64,000 nt of DNA from Octopus sinensis (taxonomy: Eukaryota). The stretch is taken from NCBI RefSeq assembly GCF_006345805.1, contig NC_043003.1:93682001-93746000 (forward strand), written 5' to 3'. Shown piece by piece: positions 47,746 through 59,888 of the stretch; position 1 is the first letter of the stretch, and each line of letters begins with the position of its first letter. A program made the position numbers and the translations under genes. Under the pieces are notes generated by a model, which was given only the letters and a program-made list of their open reading frames with translations, had not been told where the DNA came from and did not search any database.

Positions 47746-48408
47746 TTAGAATAAAAGTTATTGCAAAACTTTAAGTAATCTAATCTTCTTTACTGGGCAA
47801 AAATAAATCCGGCAACCAGCATTAGCTAAGGTACGATGTTACTGTGATTGGAGGAGGAATAGTGTCTTTTGAGCAGGACAGTTTATCAGTATTGAACGTG
47901 AAAGAATGTACTATCCATATCTTGGATTCAAGCATTCAAAAATCCTGAGGAGTTAACGTTAGTTCCATATGTACTCATATTCACTTCAACACTTAAGCAA
48001 ATTTAATGCATAATCATTCACATTGTTTTGAATGAATCATGAATTATCTCATATCTTTGAGATTTTGATGATGAGATTTGTTTTTAGAATAACACAGTAG
48101 GGTAGGTGTGAAAGGCAGCATCTGGCTGGTTTGAACACAAAACAGGTAGAAGGTTGGGCTGGATGTGCCCAGTTAAAACGTTAAAAAGGGTTAAAAGGTA
48201 ACAGCCATAATATGCATTACACATACATTTTGGCATTAGGAAGGGCATCCAGCTGTAAAAACACTGCCAGATAAGACTGGAGCCTGGTGCAGCCTTCGGC
48301 TTCCCAAATCCCCGGTCGAACCGTCCAACTCATGCTAGCATGGAGAACGGACGTTAAACGATGATGATGATGATGGATACATACAAAGACAATGAATAAA
48401 TTGATCAC

Positions 48409-48530
48409 CTTCTTCAAGCCGCTGTTTCAGGAAATCCAGTTGTTCCTTAATATCTTTAGGTAAAGCATCAAAAGTGATGTTTGGTATTTTCTCAACCAGA
48501 ACTACAGAGGATCTCTTTGGGTTCGGTTGT
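48409..48530 (-). CDS. GNPTAB: GNPTAB exon G: DMAP1-binding-like motif, N-part (QPNPKRSSVVLVEKIPNITFDALPKDIKEQLDFLKQRLEEG)
   Basis: ctaattttcag|; LPKD...L...LEEG motif; donor |gtgatc is weak (alternative at 48385). Confidence 0.88.
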
Positions 48531-48904
48531 CTGAAAATTAGCAAATGTTTATATATTTATTGTTTCAGTTGCATTCACTGAGTTATATATAAGTATTTAT
48601 GCCAAGGAAGTTGAATGTTAACTATAGTAAAGATGTGCATAGAGGGCAACATAGAATTTAGGTTTGCTGGAGAGTACTGACATGGCTAGATTTTCAGGTT
48701 GAAGTCCACTGAAACTATAATTACATTTAGCACAGTCTTTTCTTATCTGATGTAAGAGAAACACCTATACTGGAATTGAGATAAATAACATTAGCCAAAA
48801 CATTGAAATTTTCACTGAGTTGACCATAACCTGATGAGTTACCAAAGTGAAATGATAGAGGCAAAAAATTGAAAAAAAGCAGACAAAAACCAATGTATAC
48901 TCAC

Positions 48905-49053
48905 AGTAAAGACTCAGGCATTTGGTTCAACTTAATAATAATAGATTCCGTTTCATTGATAGAAAGAATAGACTCTTGTGTAGCAGTAGCTTTTTCTAAC
49001 TCAGCTTTCAATGCTCTACTTTGATTTGTATTAACAATTAAATTAAAAGAAAT
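48905..49053 (-). CDS. GNPTAB: GNPTAB exon F (ISFNLIVNTNQSRALKAELEKATATQESILSINETESIIIKLNQMPESLL)
   Basis: tttccacag| and |gtgagt; phase 0 to 2 bridges exons E and G; weak homology (spacer). Confidence 0.8.
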
Positions 49054-49127
49054 CTGTGGAAATGCAAAGATATGGAAAGAAATTAACACAGATATAAAAG
49101 ATAATTGACATTAAATGATTTAATAAT

Positions 49128-50150
49128 GATTTCAAATTTTGGCACAGAGCCAGCAATTTCGGGAGAGAGGGTAAATCAATTACATTGACCCCAGTACTCA
49201 ACTGGTACTTCTTTTATCAACCCCCAAAAGGATGAAAGGCAAAGTCAACCATGGCAGAATTGAACTTATAATGTAAAGATGGATGAAATGTTGCTAAGAA
49301 TTTTGCCCCATGTGTTAATGATTCTGTCAGCTCACTGGTTTACTGAATGATTTAATTATGATGATGATCATGGTGGTTTCAAATTTTGGCAGAAAACCAG
49401 CAATTTTAACAAGAAGTGGAAGCTAATCAATTTCACTGAATCTCGTACTTATTTTATTGACCTCGAAAGGATGAAAAGCCAAGTCAAGCTTGACAGAATT
49501 TGAATGCAAAACATAAAGAGCTAGAAGAAATTTATCCAATTTATCCAATGAACTAATAATTCGACAAGTTTTCCACCTTAGTAGTAGTAGTAGTAATAAT
49601 AATAATAATAATAACAATAATAACAATCCTTTCTGCTATAGACACAAGACCTGAAATTTTGTGAGGAGTGGATAAGTACATTACATCAATTCCAGTGGTA
49701 ACTAGTACTTATTTCAGTGGCCCCAAAAGGATGAAAGGCAAGGTTGACCTCGGCAGCATTTGATGATGATGATCATAAAAATGGATGAAATGCTGCCAAG
49801 CATTTTGCCTGGTGTGCTAACAAGTCTGTCAGCTCACTGCCTTTGATAATAATAATAATGATCATGATCATCATCATCATTTAACGTCTGTGTTCCATGC
49901 TAGCATGGGTGGGAATAATAACAATGCATTTGAAATATAGGCCGATGTCCTGAAATTTTGAGGGAGGGGAACAGTCGATTATATCGACCTCAGTGCTCAA
50001 CTGGTACTTATTTCATCGATCCTGAAAGGCTGAATAGCAAAGTCAACCATGGCAGAATTTGAACTCAGAACATAGAGATGGATGAAATGCCACTAAGCAT
50101 TTTGCCAGGCATACTAACAATCTTGCCAAATTTGATGCTTTCAACAAAAA
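49128..50150 (-). repeat. Head-to-tail cluster of about 4 SINE-C copies separated by (AAT)/(GAT) tracts
   Basis: Repeated ggatgaaaggcaaagtcaacc…gccagctc units, all in the same orientation. Confidence 0.85.
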
Positions 50151-51309
50151 CACTGCCAGCACCACTGACTTCTAATAGCCACAAGGGAAGTTGTATCAAT
50201 CCCAGTTTTTAACTGGTATTTCATTTTTATCACCCCTTTTGTTACCATATTTGTGTCCAAATATACTGTCTTTATAGCAATTAATTTTTAAAATAATGAA
50301 GAATTTATTAAAATAACAGTTATTTGGAACTTAAATTCATATGAAATTATAATGGAAGCCTCTCATTTAGATCACTTGAAAACAGGAAGTTTGAACCAAA
50401 GACCCAGAGGTGGTTACAGGTGGGTTGGTATCAAAAGAGTTAATCCTGAATTGAACTCAGAATGTAAAGAGTTGTAACTAAATATCACAGAGCACTTTCT
50501 CTGACACTGAGGATTTTGTAAAATTACCAAAATAGCCATAACAATTGTGTCTAATTTAGTCATAAACCAATAATTTTGAGGGGATGGTTTGATCTAATAC
50601 AACTCCAGTACTTGACTGGTACTTTATTTTATTGACCCCAGAAGGATATAAAGCAAAATTGACCACAGCAGCATTTGAACTCAAAATGTAAAGCGCTGGA
50701 AGAAATATATCAAGGAATTTTGTCCCAATTATTGTTTACATTGTCACCAAGCCATGCATTTATGGAGAGGACACAATTGACTCAATCACCCCAATACTCA
50801 GAAGGAAGTAAAGCAAAGTCAATCTCACTGAACATATACAAAACCAAGGGACCCACCCTACCGAAAGATAAAGCTAACAAAAAATTTCTAGTTTAAATGA
50901 TCTTCACAATTGCCTTTAGACAGTTTTACTGTATGAAGAGGTGCTGTAAAGTTCTTGGCATTAAGGGTATTGCAAACGACCTGGTTGGAGGCCCATCCTT
51001 CTCAGTTCTTTTACAGGGCTTAGCAAAACTGAAGGACCACTGCAATAAGTATGTGAATCTGAGAGGGGAATATCTTGAATAAAATTGTAATTAACTGATC
51101 CTCTTGTATTTTCTTTTACCCCAAACCAGGAGCTTTTTAACATCCTCTTATATATGAGCATCATAGAATATAGCAGTATTAGAGTGATAGTGTTGGTAAT
51201 ATTTATGATGGTGATGACAATGATGATGATGATGATGGTGGTGGTGGCAGTGATGCTGATATGGATTTTTTTCTTTCAGGATTTAGTTGAAAGGGCAGTA
51301 CTTGTGACC

Positions 51310-52110
51310 CTGATGCTATTAATGTTCCACTTGAATCTTTTGTAAGTTGATACCTGAGGGAAAGGCATGAGCAGGTAGAGAATTCTAGAGGACCAATGTT
51401 CTGGGAAGAAAGGACTGAGTGTAATGATTTGTGTGAGAGCTGAACTTGTGGACACATCAAAGGTGATATGAGGAGGGGAAACAAATGGGACAGGAATTGC
51501 AGAGTGGAGGTGGTATGAGCCTAGCAGTTCCAAGGAGCATAAGCCATTATACTCGAGGTAAAATAAAAAGGCAAGAACAGGAGATAGCATGCCTGTAGGT
51601 AAAAGTCTGGAGCATGTCTGTAAGAGACATTATACTGATTATTTGGGTGGATCTTTTCTAGATGCAGGCCAGGATGTCTGTGAGTGCAGCATCAGTATTA
51701 TTCAAGATATGAGAGCAATACACCATTCGGGGTCTCACCTGAGCATTGTAGAACACTAATAATAGTTGTAGGGAACTGAATGATCTCCTGGTCTTGAAGA
51801 GAAGAGCTAGTTGTTGGGATGTGGTCCTAGCTATGTTAAGGTCGTGCTTTCACCAGGAGAGATTCTCAGTGGTAGTAGGACCCAACAACTGGGACAATTA
51901 TGAGAGCTAGAGTTGAGTGCCGTTACCGATTAAGCAGGGGTGTTGTACAATGATGCATTTTTGTGATATGAACATTTGTGTTTATTTGCTATTGAAAGAG
52001 ACAAGATTTATATATCTCCATTGGAGGAAGCTTCCAAGATCTCTGTTCCAAAATTGCTGTATCTCTGTTCTACAAGACCAGTGTCGGCTTATCATGTGAC
52101 GTCTAGGTTG
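51310..52110 (-). mobile_element. Decayed CR1/Jockey-like LINE ORF2 3' end
   Basis: YNAQVRPRMVYCSHI…RHAISCSCLF…NGLCSLEL…FFP….NSLPAHAFPSGINLQ.FK.NIN pattern across frameshifts. Confidence 0.7.
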
Positions 52111-52399
52111 CAAATAGGTGATGGAGAATGTTAGGGAGGAATATAGGGCAGTATCATCTGTGTTAGAATGGGCATTGTTGGGTAAGATGGCAAGTTAGTG
52201 AGTGACAAAAGTGAACCATGAGGCAAGTCACTGGTGACAAAATGAGGCATAGAAAGATTTCTGACAACACACGTGGCCACAGTGCAATCCGACAGGAACC
52301 TACCTATCCAAGAATTGAGAAACGGGTAGAGTTCATAAGCAGCACTTTCAAACTATATACCACAAGACTCAAAGGTTTCTGTAATGCTACCACCCAAAT

Positions 52400-52760
52400 G
52401 ATGATAGCGACGATAAGTGATCATGATGATGGTGGTGTAAGTGATCAGTGATGCTGCTGACGGTGGTGGTGGGGGTGAAAGTGATCACAATGATGATGGG
52501 GGTGGTGTAGGTGGACAATGATGATGACGATGATGTGATCACAAAGATGGTAGTGGTGGTGTAGAAGATGTTCGTAATGAAGATGATGATGGTGGGGTAG
52601 GTGATGACAAGGATAGTGACAGTATCGAAGATTACAGTAATGATGGCGGTGGTGGTGATGGCATAGGCATTGTAATGGCAGTGTAAATCATTACGATGGT
52701 GGTGACGCCTTGATGATGGAGGTGATGGCAATGCAGATGATGATGATGATGATGATGACA
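52400..52760. repeat. Cryptic (GAT/GGT)n low-complexity tract just inside the intron after exon E
   Basis: Degenerate trinucleotide runs that give the His/Thr/Ser-rich spurious ORFs. Confidence 0.85.
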
Positions 52761-52775
52761 ATAAGCTGAACTTAC

Positions 52776-52987
52776 CCTATTGGTAGCATTAAGGACTTTA
52801 CTATGGAATGTTATGTTGCAAGAAATAGTTGTTTCTGAATGGTTTAAATACAGGATAATTGTCATCACTTTGAAGTGCAGGGAAATGGCTGCTTTTCTCA
52901 CCAACTCCTCTTTGTCCATCTTAGCTGATGTTACTTCTCCAAACAGGTTTATTGCATTTGTTAGGTTGAAGTACACAAGGTTTTTAC
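52776..52987 (-). CDS. GNPTAB: GNPTAB exon E (KNLVYFNLTNAINLFGEVTSAKMDKEELVRKAAISLHFKVMTIILYLNHSETTISCNITFHSKVLNATNR)
   Basis: gtctag| and |gtaagt; aligns to human LPYFSF...IRHASIANKWKTIHLIMH..NATTIHFNLTF. Confidence 0.92.
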
Positions 52988-53339
52988 CTAGACAGAAAAA
53001 TGTTAGAAAACATGGAAGGTAAGTAAAGATGGTAAAGCAATAAACAAAATGTTACATAGTGTTTAACTTCATCCAAGATGAATGTTGATTGACTTTGCCT
53101 TCTATCTTCACCCTTTGCTGATAAAATAAATCTTAGTCATAGTTGATCTTACTCCCCAAGCAACCCCAGGTAAAGGTAGTAACCTCAATTGGCTAAAATA
53201 GCAGCATCTGCAATCATTTTAATGTAATGGGTATACTTGTTACAGACAGTTTATGCAAGTAACAATAACAAAAATAATAAACCTTTCTATTATAGGCACA
53301 AGGCCTGAAAGTGTGTGGAAGAGGGTGAGTTGATTACTT

Positions 53340-53990
53340 CCTCAATAGCAGGGTAGTCCACTTCAGGTAATTCAAGGTAAACCTCACACAGAAGTTCTGG
53401 ACCACTTTACATCTCCAAGGTATGGTAAGTGTTATCTTCCAGTTTCTTCCTTCCATCTTACAAAAGCATGCTCAGAATAGATCCATTCAACCTCACCAGT
53501 CTTGCCACTCTGGTCCACCTTTTGATAAACACACTAAAAGGCAGCATTTCCATCTCTACCCTTATCTTCCTCTTCAAATGATATTTGAAGAAACTAAACC
53601 TTTCGGATGGGTCCACCACACAGCCTCTTTTGCCACTCACTAAGCAGAGAAAGATCTGCTTCCTCTTTTTGCTAAAGAAAGGCGTAAGCCAATCTTCATT
53701 ATACACTTGGGAGACAGTTGGATTCATTTTACATGAAACAGAAGCTGCTCAATATAAGTCCATAAGTTGCCTAATGCAGACACTAAACATTTGCATACAG
53801 GGTGGTTTTGTTCCCCTGCATGCATCTTGGGCAGGTTCAGCTATTGGTACTTCTATGCTTGAAGAGCTTGTCCCAAACAAGAAATGTTTCCCTGTAACAC
53901 TGCTATGCTAAAAACTTTTGGAAATTGTCCATGGTCTTCAACCTAAAAGTCCTCCATGAAATCAAACTGTAACCTTCAAAATAAAAACTG
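53340..53990 (-). mobile_element. Second L1/Tx1-like LINE 3' fragment
   Basis: QCYRE…DKLFKH…TCPRC…C and FKYHLKRKIRVE…KRW, homologous to 44540-45405. Confidence 0.75.
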
Positions 53991-54030
53991 TAATATGATT
54001 TCCTTGTATCTGAAAGATTATTGTACTCAC

Positions 54031-54145
54031 TTGGAGGAACACGGTAAACTCTCTGAGCAGGCAAAAGTTCAATTTTGTGTATTTCATTGAAATTTTTAAG
54101 ACCACAGTCACCAATATCGAAACCACAGGAGTATACATTACAACT
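54031..54145 (-). CDS. GNPTAB: GNPTAB exon D: LNR2 second half (SCNVYSCGFDIGDCGLKNFNEIHKIELLPAQRVYRVPP)
   Basis: gttttag| and |gtgagt; human [29 protein letters not shown]. Confidence 0.96.
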
Positions 54146-54965
54146 CTAAAACAAGGAAAAAAAAAAGAGCAGTGAACAAATAATTTACTATATTAATGTA
54201 TGTAGTTAGGTGAAATAATAGATTAACAGAGATCTAATGTTTTTCAAAGTACTTTATTGGGAAGTATTTTTTTAAGTGTTTTATTAGGAAGTATTTTCTT
54301 AAGTGTTTTATTGGGAATAAATTAGACCAGGGGTAATGGGTTACAAACACTGGCTTTATAACTTGTTCCACAGTTAAATTTCATTTAATATACAAACCAA
54401 TATTTTGCTTTCGCTAAACATGAGTAATATGTTAGTGAGATCAGATACAGGGATATCAGTGAACACACGAAGAGGATTGGATTAAGGGGAATCATCTTGC
54501 TATTGGAGATAGGAATATTTTTTTTTAAATGATTACAGATAAGCTTGGAGTAAAACCTGACATCCAAATTCATGTGGGCCATTCCCTTTGAGCTAACACA
54601 TCAGTGAGACCCCAATTTCTCAACAAGGGAGACCAGGCCTTGGGAAGAGGTAGAGCAGGGAGCCAGCATACTAGGAAAAGGAGGCCAAGAAAAACAAGAA
54701 GTCTACAAGAGACGATAGGTCTTGCAATGGCTGTTATATATAATATACTGTATATACAAAATAAATTCAATATCAATCGAGTTAAAATTATAAGCAGAAA
54801 CAAAAACTACAATGAAGAATATAAGTAGACAAATACCTAATAATTTTGAAGTGGTTTGGGTGGGTAAAAAATGTTAAAGAGGCATTGGCTTTCTTGATGT
54901 TATTAAATATTCTATAAACATTCTAGAGATAAATATAAAAACAGATTTCAAAGTAAATTTCTTAC

Positions 54966-55021
54966 TTGATCACAGTAACGGTCAGCTAACCAACTGTTAG
55001 CACATCCGGTGTTACAATACA
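54966..55021 (-). CDS. GNPTAB: GNPTAB exon C: LNR2 first half ([18 protein letters not shown])
   Basis: ctttttcag| and |gtaagaa; human [18 protein letters not shown]. Confidence 0.96.
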
Positions 55022-55206
55022 CTGAAAAAGAAAATATATGGACCTATATATATATTTATACATACACATGCACACACACAGATACATTCATTCACACACA
55101 TACATACATAAACACACATGAATATATATATATATATATATATAAATATATACACATACATATACATACACACATACATATGCAAATATATATATATATA
55201 TCAAAA

Positions 55207-55512
55207 GTTTAACGTCCTTTTTCCATGCTAGCATGGGTTGGATGGTTTGATGGAAGTCTGGGAAGTCAGGAGGCTGCGCCAGGCTCCAGTCTGATCTGGC
55301 AGTATTTCTACAGCTGGATGCCCTTCCTAACGCCAACCACTCCGTGAGTGTAGTGGGTCTTTTTATGTGTGACCGGCACAGGGGCCAGAGGAGGCTGGCA
55401 AACGGCCACAATTGGTTGGTGCTTTTTACATGCCACTGGCACGGGTATCTTAACTGGAATTTCCATTTGATTTTTATTTTGATATTGACGTACTTGACTC
55501 AATAGGTCTCCT
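55207..55512 (-). mobile_element. SINE family A copy
   Basis: Family A body. Confidence 0.9.
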
Positions 55513-55815
55513 CAAGAACAAGTATATGTGCATATATATATATGTACAAGTACACATACAAATATATATACACACACATATATATATAGATACATGCATA
55601 TAAATACATATATACATACATGCATATAAATATACAGTAGTACCTCAGTTTTTGAACAACTCTGATGACGAATAAATCGTGCTTTATATATATATATATA
55701 AAGCATGATTTATTCATGATCATAGTTGTTCGAAAACTAAGGAACTACTGTATATACATACATGCATATAAATATATATACATGTAAATATATATATATA
55801 TACATACACACACAA

Positions 55816-55847
<32 letters not shown>

Positions 55848-55851
55848 ACAC

Positions 55852-55891
<40 letters not shown>

Positions 55892-55957
55892 CACACATAA
55901 TATAGACATATATATACATACACACACAAATATATATATATATATATATACACACAT

Positions 55958-56000
<43 letters not shown>

Positions 56001-56470
56001 CACACATAATATAGACATATATATACATACACACATAATATAGACATATATATACATACACATAAATATATATATATATATGCATAGACACACATATTTA
56101 TATACATACGCACACATATATATATACATACACACAGATATACATACATATACACATAAATATACATACATACACACAAATATACATACATATAGACAAA
56201 AATATACACACATACACTCACAAATATACATGATACACAAATCTACATACAGACACAAATATACATACATACACACACATAATATACATACATACACACA
56301 CATAAATATACATACATACACACAAATATACTTACATGCACACAAATATACTTACATACACAAATATACATACATACACACAAATATACATACAGAAACA
56401 TAAATATACATACATAAACATATATATACATATTTAAAAAACACAAATATATATGTATTACACACACCTT
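55513..56470. repeat. About 950-bp compound (TA/CA/TACA) micro/minisatellite
   Basis: Higher-order units such as cacatacacacataatatagacatatatatacata and atacatacatacacacacaaatatac. Confidence 0.95.
55635..55750. mobile_element. 116-bp fully palindromic pogo/Tigger-like MITE, TA TSD
   Basis: CAGTAGTACCTC… / …GGAACTACTG; 51-bp arms with 7 mismatches around an (AT)n centre; TA on both sides. Confidence 0.8.
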
Positions 56471-56849
56471 CCATTAAATTTAATTTAAAAATCAACCAAA
56501 GATATTGTTTCACTGAAAAATTTTAAAAGCTGAATAGACTAAAATCAAAGTAAAATGAATACATAAAATCTGGCTCTTATTTTATCAACTTTGGAAGAGA
56601 TTAAACACATACAGTAAAAGAAAAAAAAATTGAATGAAATCCTGCACAATCTTTAGTTGAATTTACAGAATTATTAGTTAAAAAAAACAAACCACAAAGT
56701 CCTAAATTATAAAGAGAATGTTATAGTTATAGTCAGCACTATTTTATAGACTCAGGGAAGATGAAAGTAAAGCAGACCTCAGTGAGACATGAATTTATAA
56801 TATAAAAGAATGTAATTAAATGCACAAGGCATTTCTTGTATGGTCTAAT

Positions 56850-57273
56850 CAGGGCCGGATTAAGACCCCTCGAGGGTCTAAGCACTTAAAAGATTTTGGT
56901 GCCCTCATAAAAGATTATGTAATTCAAAATATAAACAATAACAAACCATAAAATAAATTTTTAATTTTCAAAACGAAACAAAACAGTAAGAGGGAAAGTA
57001 AAGTTTATTTTTGTATACTTCCACTTTATTTATATTTGAAAAGTTTCCTCCTGCTTTTTTGAATTGCAGTCTTTGATCAAATCCTCAAAATCAATCTTAG
57101 GTAACACATCTGCATCAATACTTAGCAGAGACAAAGGCATTCTGGATATTATTTTAGCAAGTTTAAAGTGATTTCTTTTGTGCCATAAACCATTTATCAT
57201 TTCTGTGGTGTCCCCTCATTCCCTTGATGCCCTAAGCACATGATTATTTTGCATAATGGTTAATCCAGTGCTG
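56850..57273 (-). mobile_element. 424-bp non-autonomous hAT derivative with a perfect 8-bp TSD GGTCTAAT
   Basis: TIRs CAGGGCCGGATTAA / TTAATCCAGTGCTG; TSD 56842-56849 and 57274-57281; internal LSLLSIDADVLPKIDFEDLIKD resembles the hAT dimerisation-domain C-terminus. Confidence 0.88.
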
Positions 57274-57527
57274 GGTCTAATGATTTACTGATCTGCTCCC
57301 CTTCTGCTATTAATGATTTCTAACATAGGGACTAAGCTTGGGAGAGGGAACTGTTGACTATATTGATCCAAGTACTTTATCTATCATCTCTGGGTGAATG
57401 AAAGGCAACGTTCACTCCTGCAAGGTTTGAATCCAGAGCACAAAGAACTGGAATAATTACTGTGAAGTAGTTACCCAATACTTTAAAGATTTTCCCCCAT
57501 TTACTGCTCATCTGTCATTAATAAAAA

Positions 57528-59290
57528 TCCTTTCAAATATAGGTACAAGACCTGAAATTTTAGAAAGGGGGCTCGTCAATTATATTGATCCCAGTACTTG
57601 ACCAGCACTTATTTTATTGACCTCAAAAAGACGAAAGGCAAAGTTAAGCTCAGTGGAATTTTGCCTTTCATCCTTTTTGTGGGTTGAACACTGGGGTTGA
57701 TGTAATCAACTTATCCCTCCCACCAAACTACTGGCCTTATGTCAAAAATTTGAAACCAATAATAATAATAATAATAATAATGATAATAATAATAATAATA
57801 ATAATAATTCTTTCTACTATAGGCACTGAGATTTTGGGGGTTGGGGTTAGTTGATTACATTGACCCCAGTGCATAACTGATACTTATTTCGACTTCACAA
57901 GGATGAAAGGCAAAGTCGACCATGGCAGAAATTCAACTCAGAACATAAAGACTGACAAAATGCTGCTAAACATTTTGCCTGACATGCGAATGATTCTGCC
58001 AGCTTGTTGCCTTAATACCAACAATAACAATTCATCATCATTCAACGTCTGTTATCCATGCTGACATGGGTTGGACAGTTTGATTTGGCTGGTGTGCTGG
58101 AAGGCTGCGCCAGGCTCCAGTCTGATTTGGAAGGGTTTTCTATGGCTGGATGAGAGTGTAATGGATGCTTTTACATGCCACCGGCACAGGTGCCATTTGC
58201 AAGACACCAGTATATGCTACGATTACGATTTTGCTCGGCTTGATGGATCTTCTTCTCAAGCATGACATAATGCCAACGGTCTTGGTCATTGCCTCCGTGA
58301 GGCCCCACGCTCAAAAGGAACACAGCCACTTTGCCTCCATGAGGCCTAATGAAGGAACTCAATGATAATAATCCTTACTACTATAGGCACAGGGTCTAAA
58401 ATTTAGAGGGAGGGGGATAGTCAATTACATCGACCCCAGTATTCAACCGGTACTTAATTTATCAACCCCAAGAGGATGAAAGGTAAAGCTGGCCTCAGCG
58501 GAATGCTGCTGAGCATTTTGTCTGGAATGCTAACGATTCTGTTAGCTTGCAGCCACAATAATAATTCTTTCTTGTTTCAGCACACTATCAGCAATTTTGA
58601 GGGAATTGATTACATTGACTCCGAAAGGATGAAAGGCAAAGGAATTTAAACTTAGAACGTTTAGACAGATGAAATGCCACTAATTATTTTGTTTGCTGTA
58701 TGGTTTCAAATTCTGGCACAAATCCAGTACTTTTAGGGATGGAAGCAGTCGATTTCATGGACCCCAGTGATCAAGTGGTACTTATTTTATCAACCTTGGA
58801 AAGATGAAAAGCAAAGGCGACCTCAGCAGAATTTGAACTCGGGATGCAAAAAATTGGAAGAAATGTTTTTAAGCATTTTCTCTCGTGTACTAACCATTCT
58901 ATTAGCTTGCTGCTTGAAAATAATAATTATTTCTAACATAGCCCAAAGGCCTGAAATTTGCAGGAGTGGGTAGGTGGGTGGGGGAGTAGTCAATTACCCC
59001 CAACCTCCAGTATTTGATAGGTACTTTATTTTATCAAACCCAAAATTGAGCTTGGAGTGATTTGAATTTAGACTAAAAAGCCAGAATAAATGCTGCAAAC
59101 CCTTTTTTCCCAATGCTCCAATGACTCCCCCACTCCACTGCCCTCTATTGTTTCTAACATAGGCATAAAGCCTGAAATTTTGCGGGAGTAGGTTAATCAA
59201 TTATCTCAACCCTGATACCTGACTGTTACCTTGTTTTATGGATCCCAAATGGAAAGGTAAATTTGAACTCAGAACATAAAAACAACAACA
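57528..59290 (-). repeat. About 1.8-kb SINE cluster: 7-8 SINE-C pieces plus one SINE-A, joined by (AAT)n
   Basis: Repeated family C units; one head-to-head junction near 57660. Confidence 0.85.
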
Positions 59291-59888
59291 GTAGTAATTT
59301 CTAACATTGGGTACATGGCCATAAAATAGTGGGACAGATACAGTCAATCAAGACAGTCATAATCATTGACAGGTATTAAGTCACAAGAGAACTTAAAATC
59401 AGAATGTAATCTGAAAGTAACTTAATAAAAAACTATCAATAATTATAGATTTAATTACAATATAAACAATAACATTAACGAGAATTATTAACTTAGAAGA
59501 TAAATATAGGCAACTGAGTCAACCCTACCATATGACTGGGGAAACGCAAGGTCAGCTCCTACAAGGGTTTGATCTTAGAATATAAAGAGTCAAAATTAAA
59601 GGATTTAATTAGGTCTTTATTGATTATAAATAACACAAGTAATAATAATAATAATAATAACATCACAAGTAATAATGGTATTTCAAAACAAGAGCTCTCT
59701 CTCTCTCTCCCCTTATCTCTCTTGTATCTCCTCCCGACTCTCTCTCACGCTTGCTTTTCATTTTGGCCATTCATTAATGACTACAGCTTGACTCTGCTGA
59801 TAGCTTGAGCTCTAAAGGTGGGGAAAAATTACTATGAATGTGTAAATATGAATAAGTGATAGACAATGTAATAAATTAACTGACATAC

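Noticed and set aside
52387-52761. His/Ser/Thr-rich ORFs next to exon E
   Set aside because: Cryptic (CAT/CAC)n repeat lying past a strong gtaagt donor at 52775
55499-56467. Long ORFs (up to 202 aa) rich in C/V/Y/I/M or H/T
   Set aside because: They are translations of (TA/CA)n repeats, which lack stop codons; no protein features
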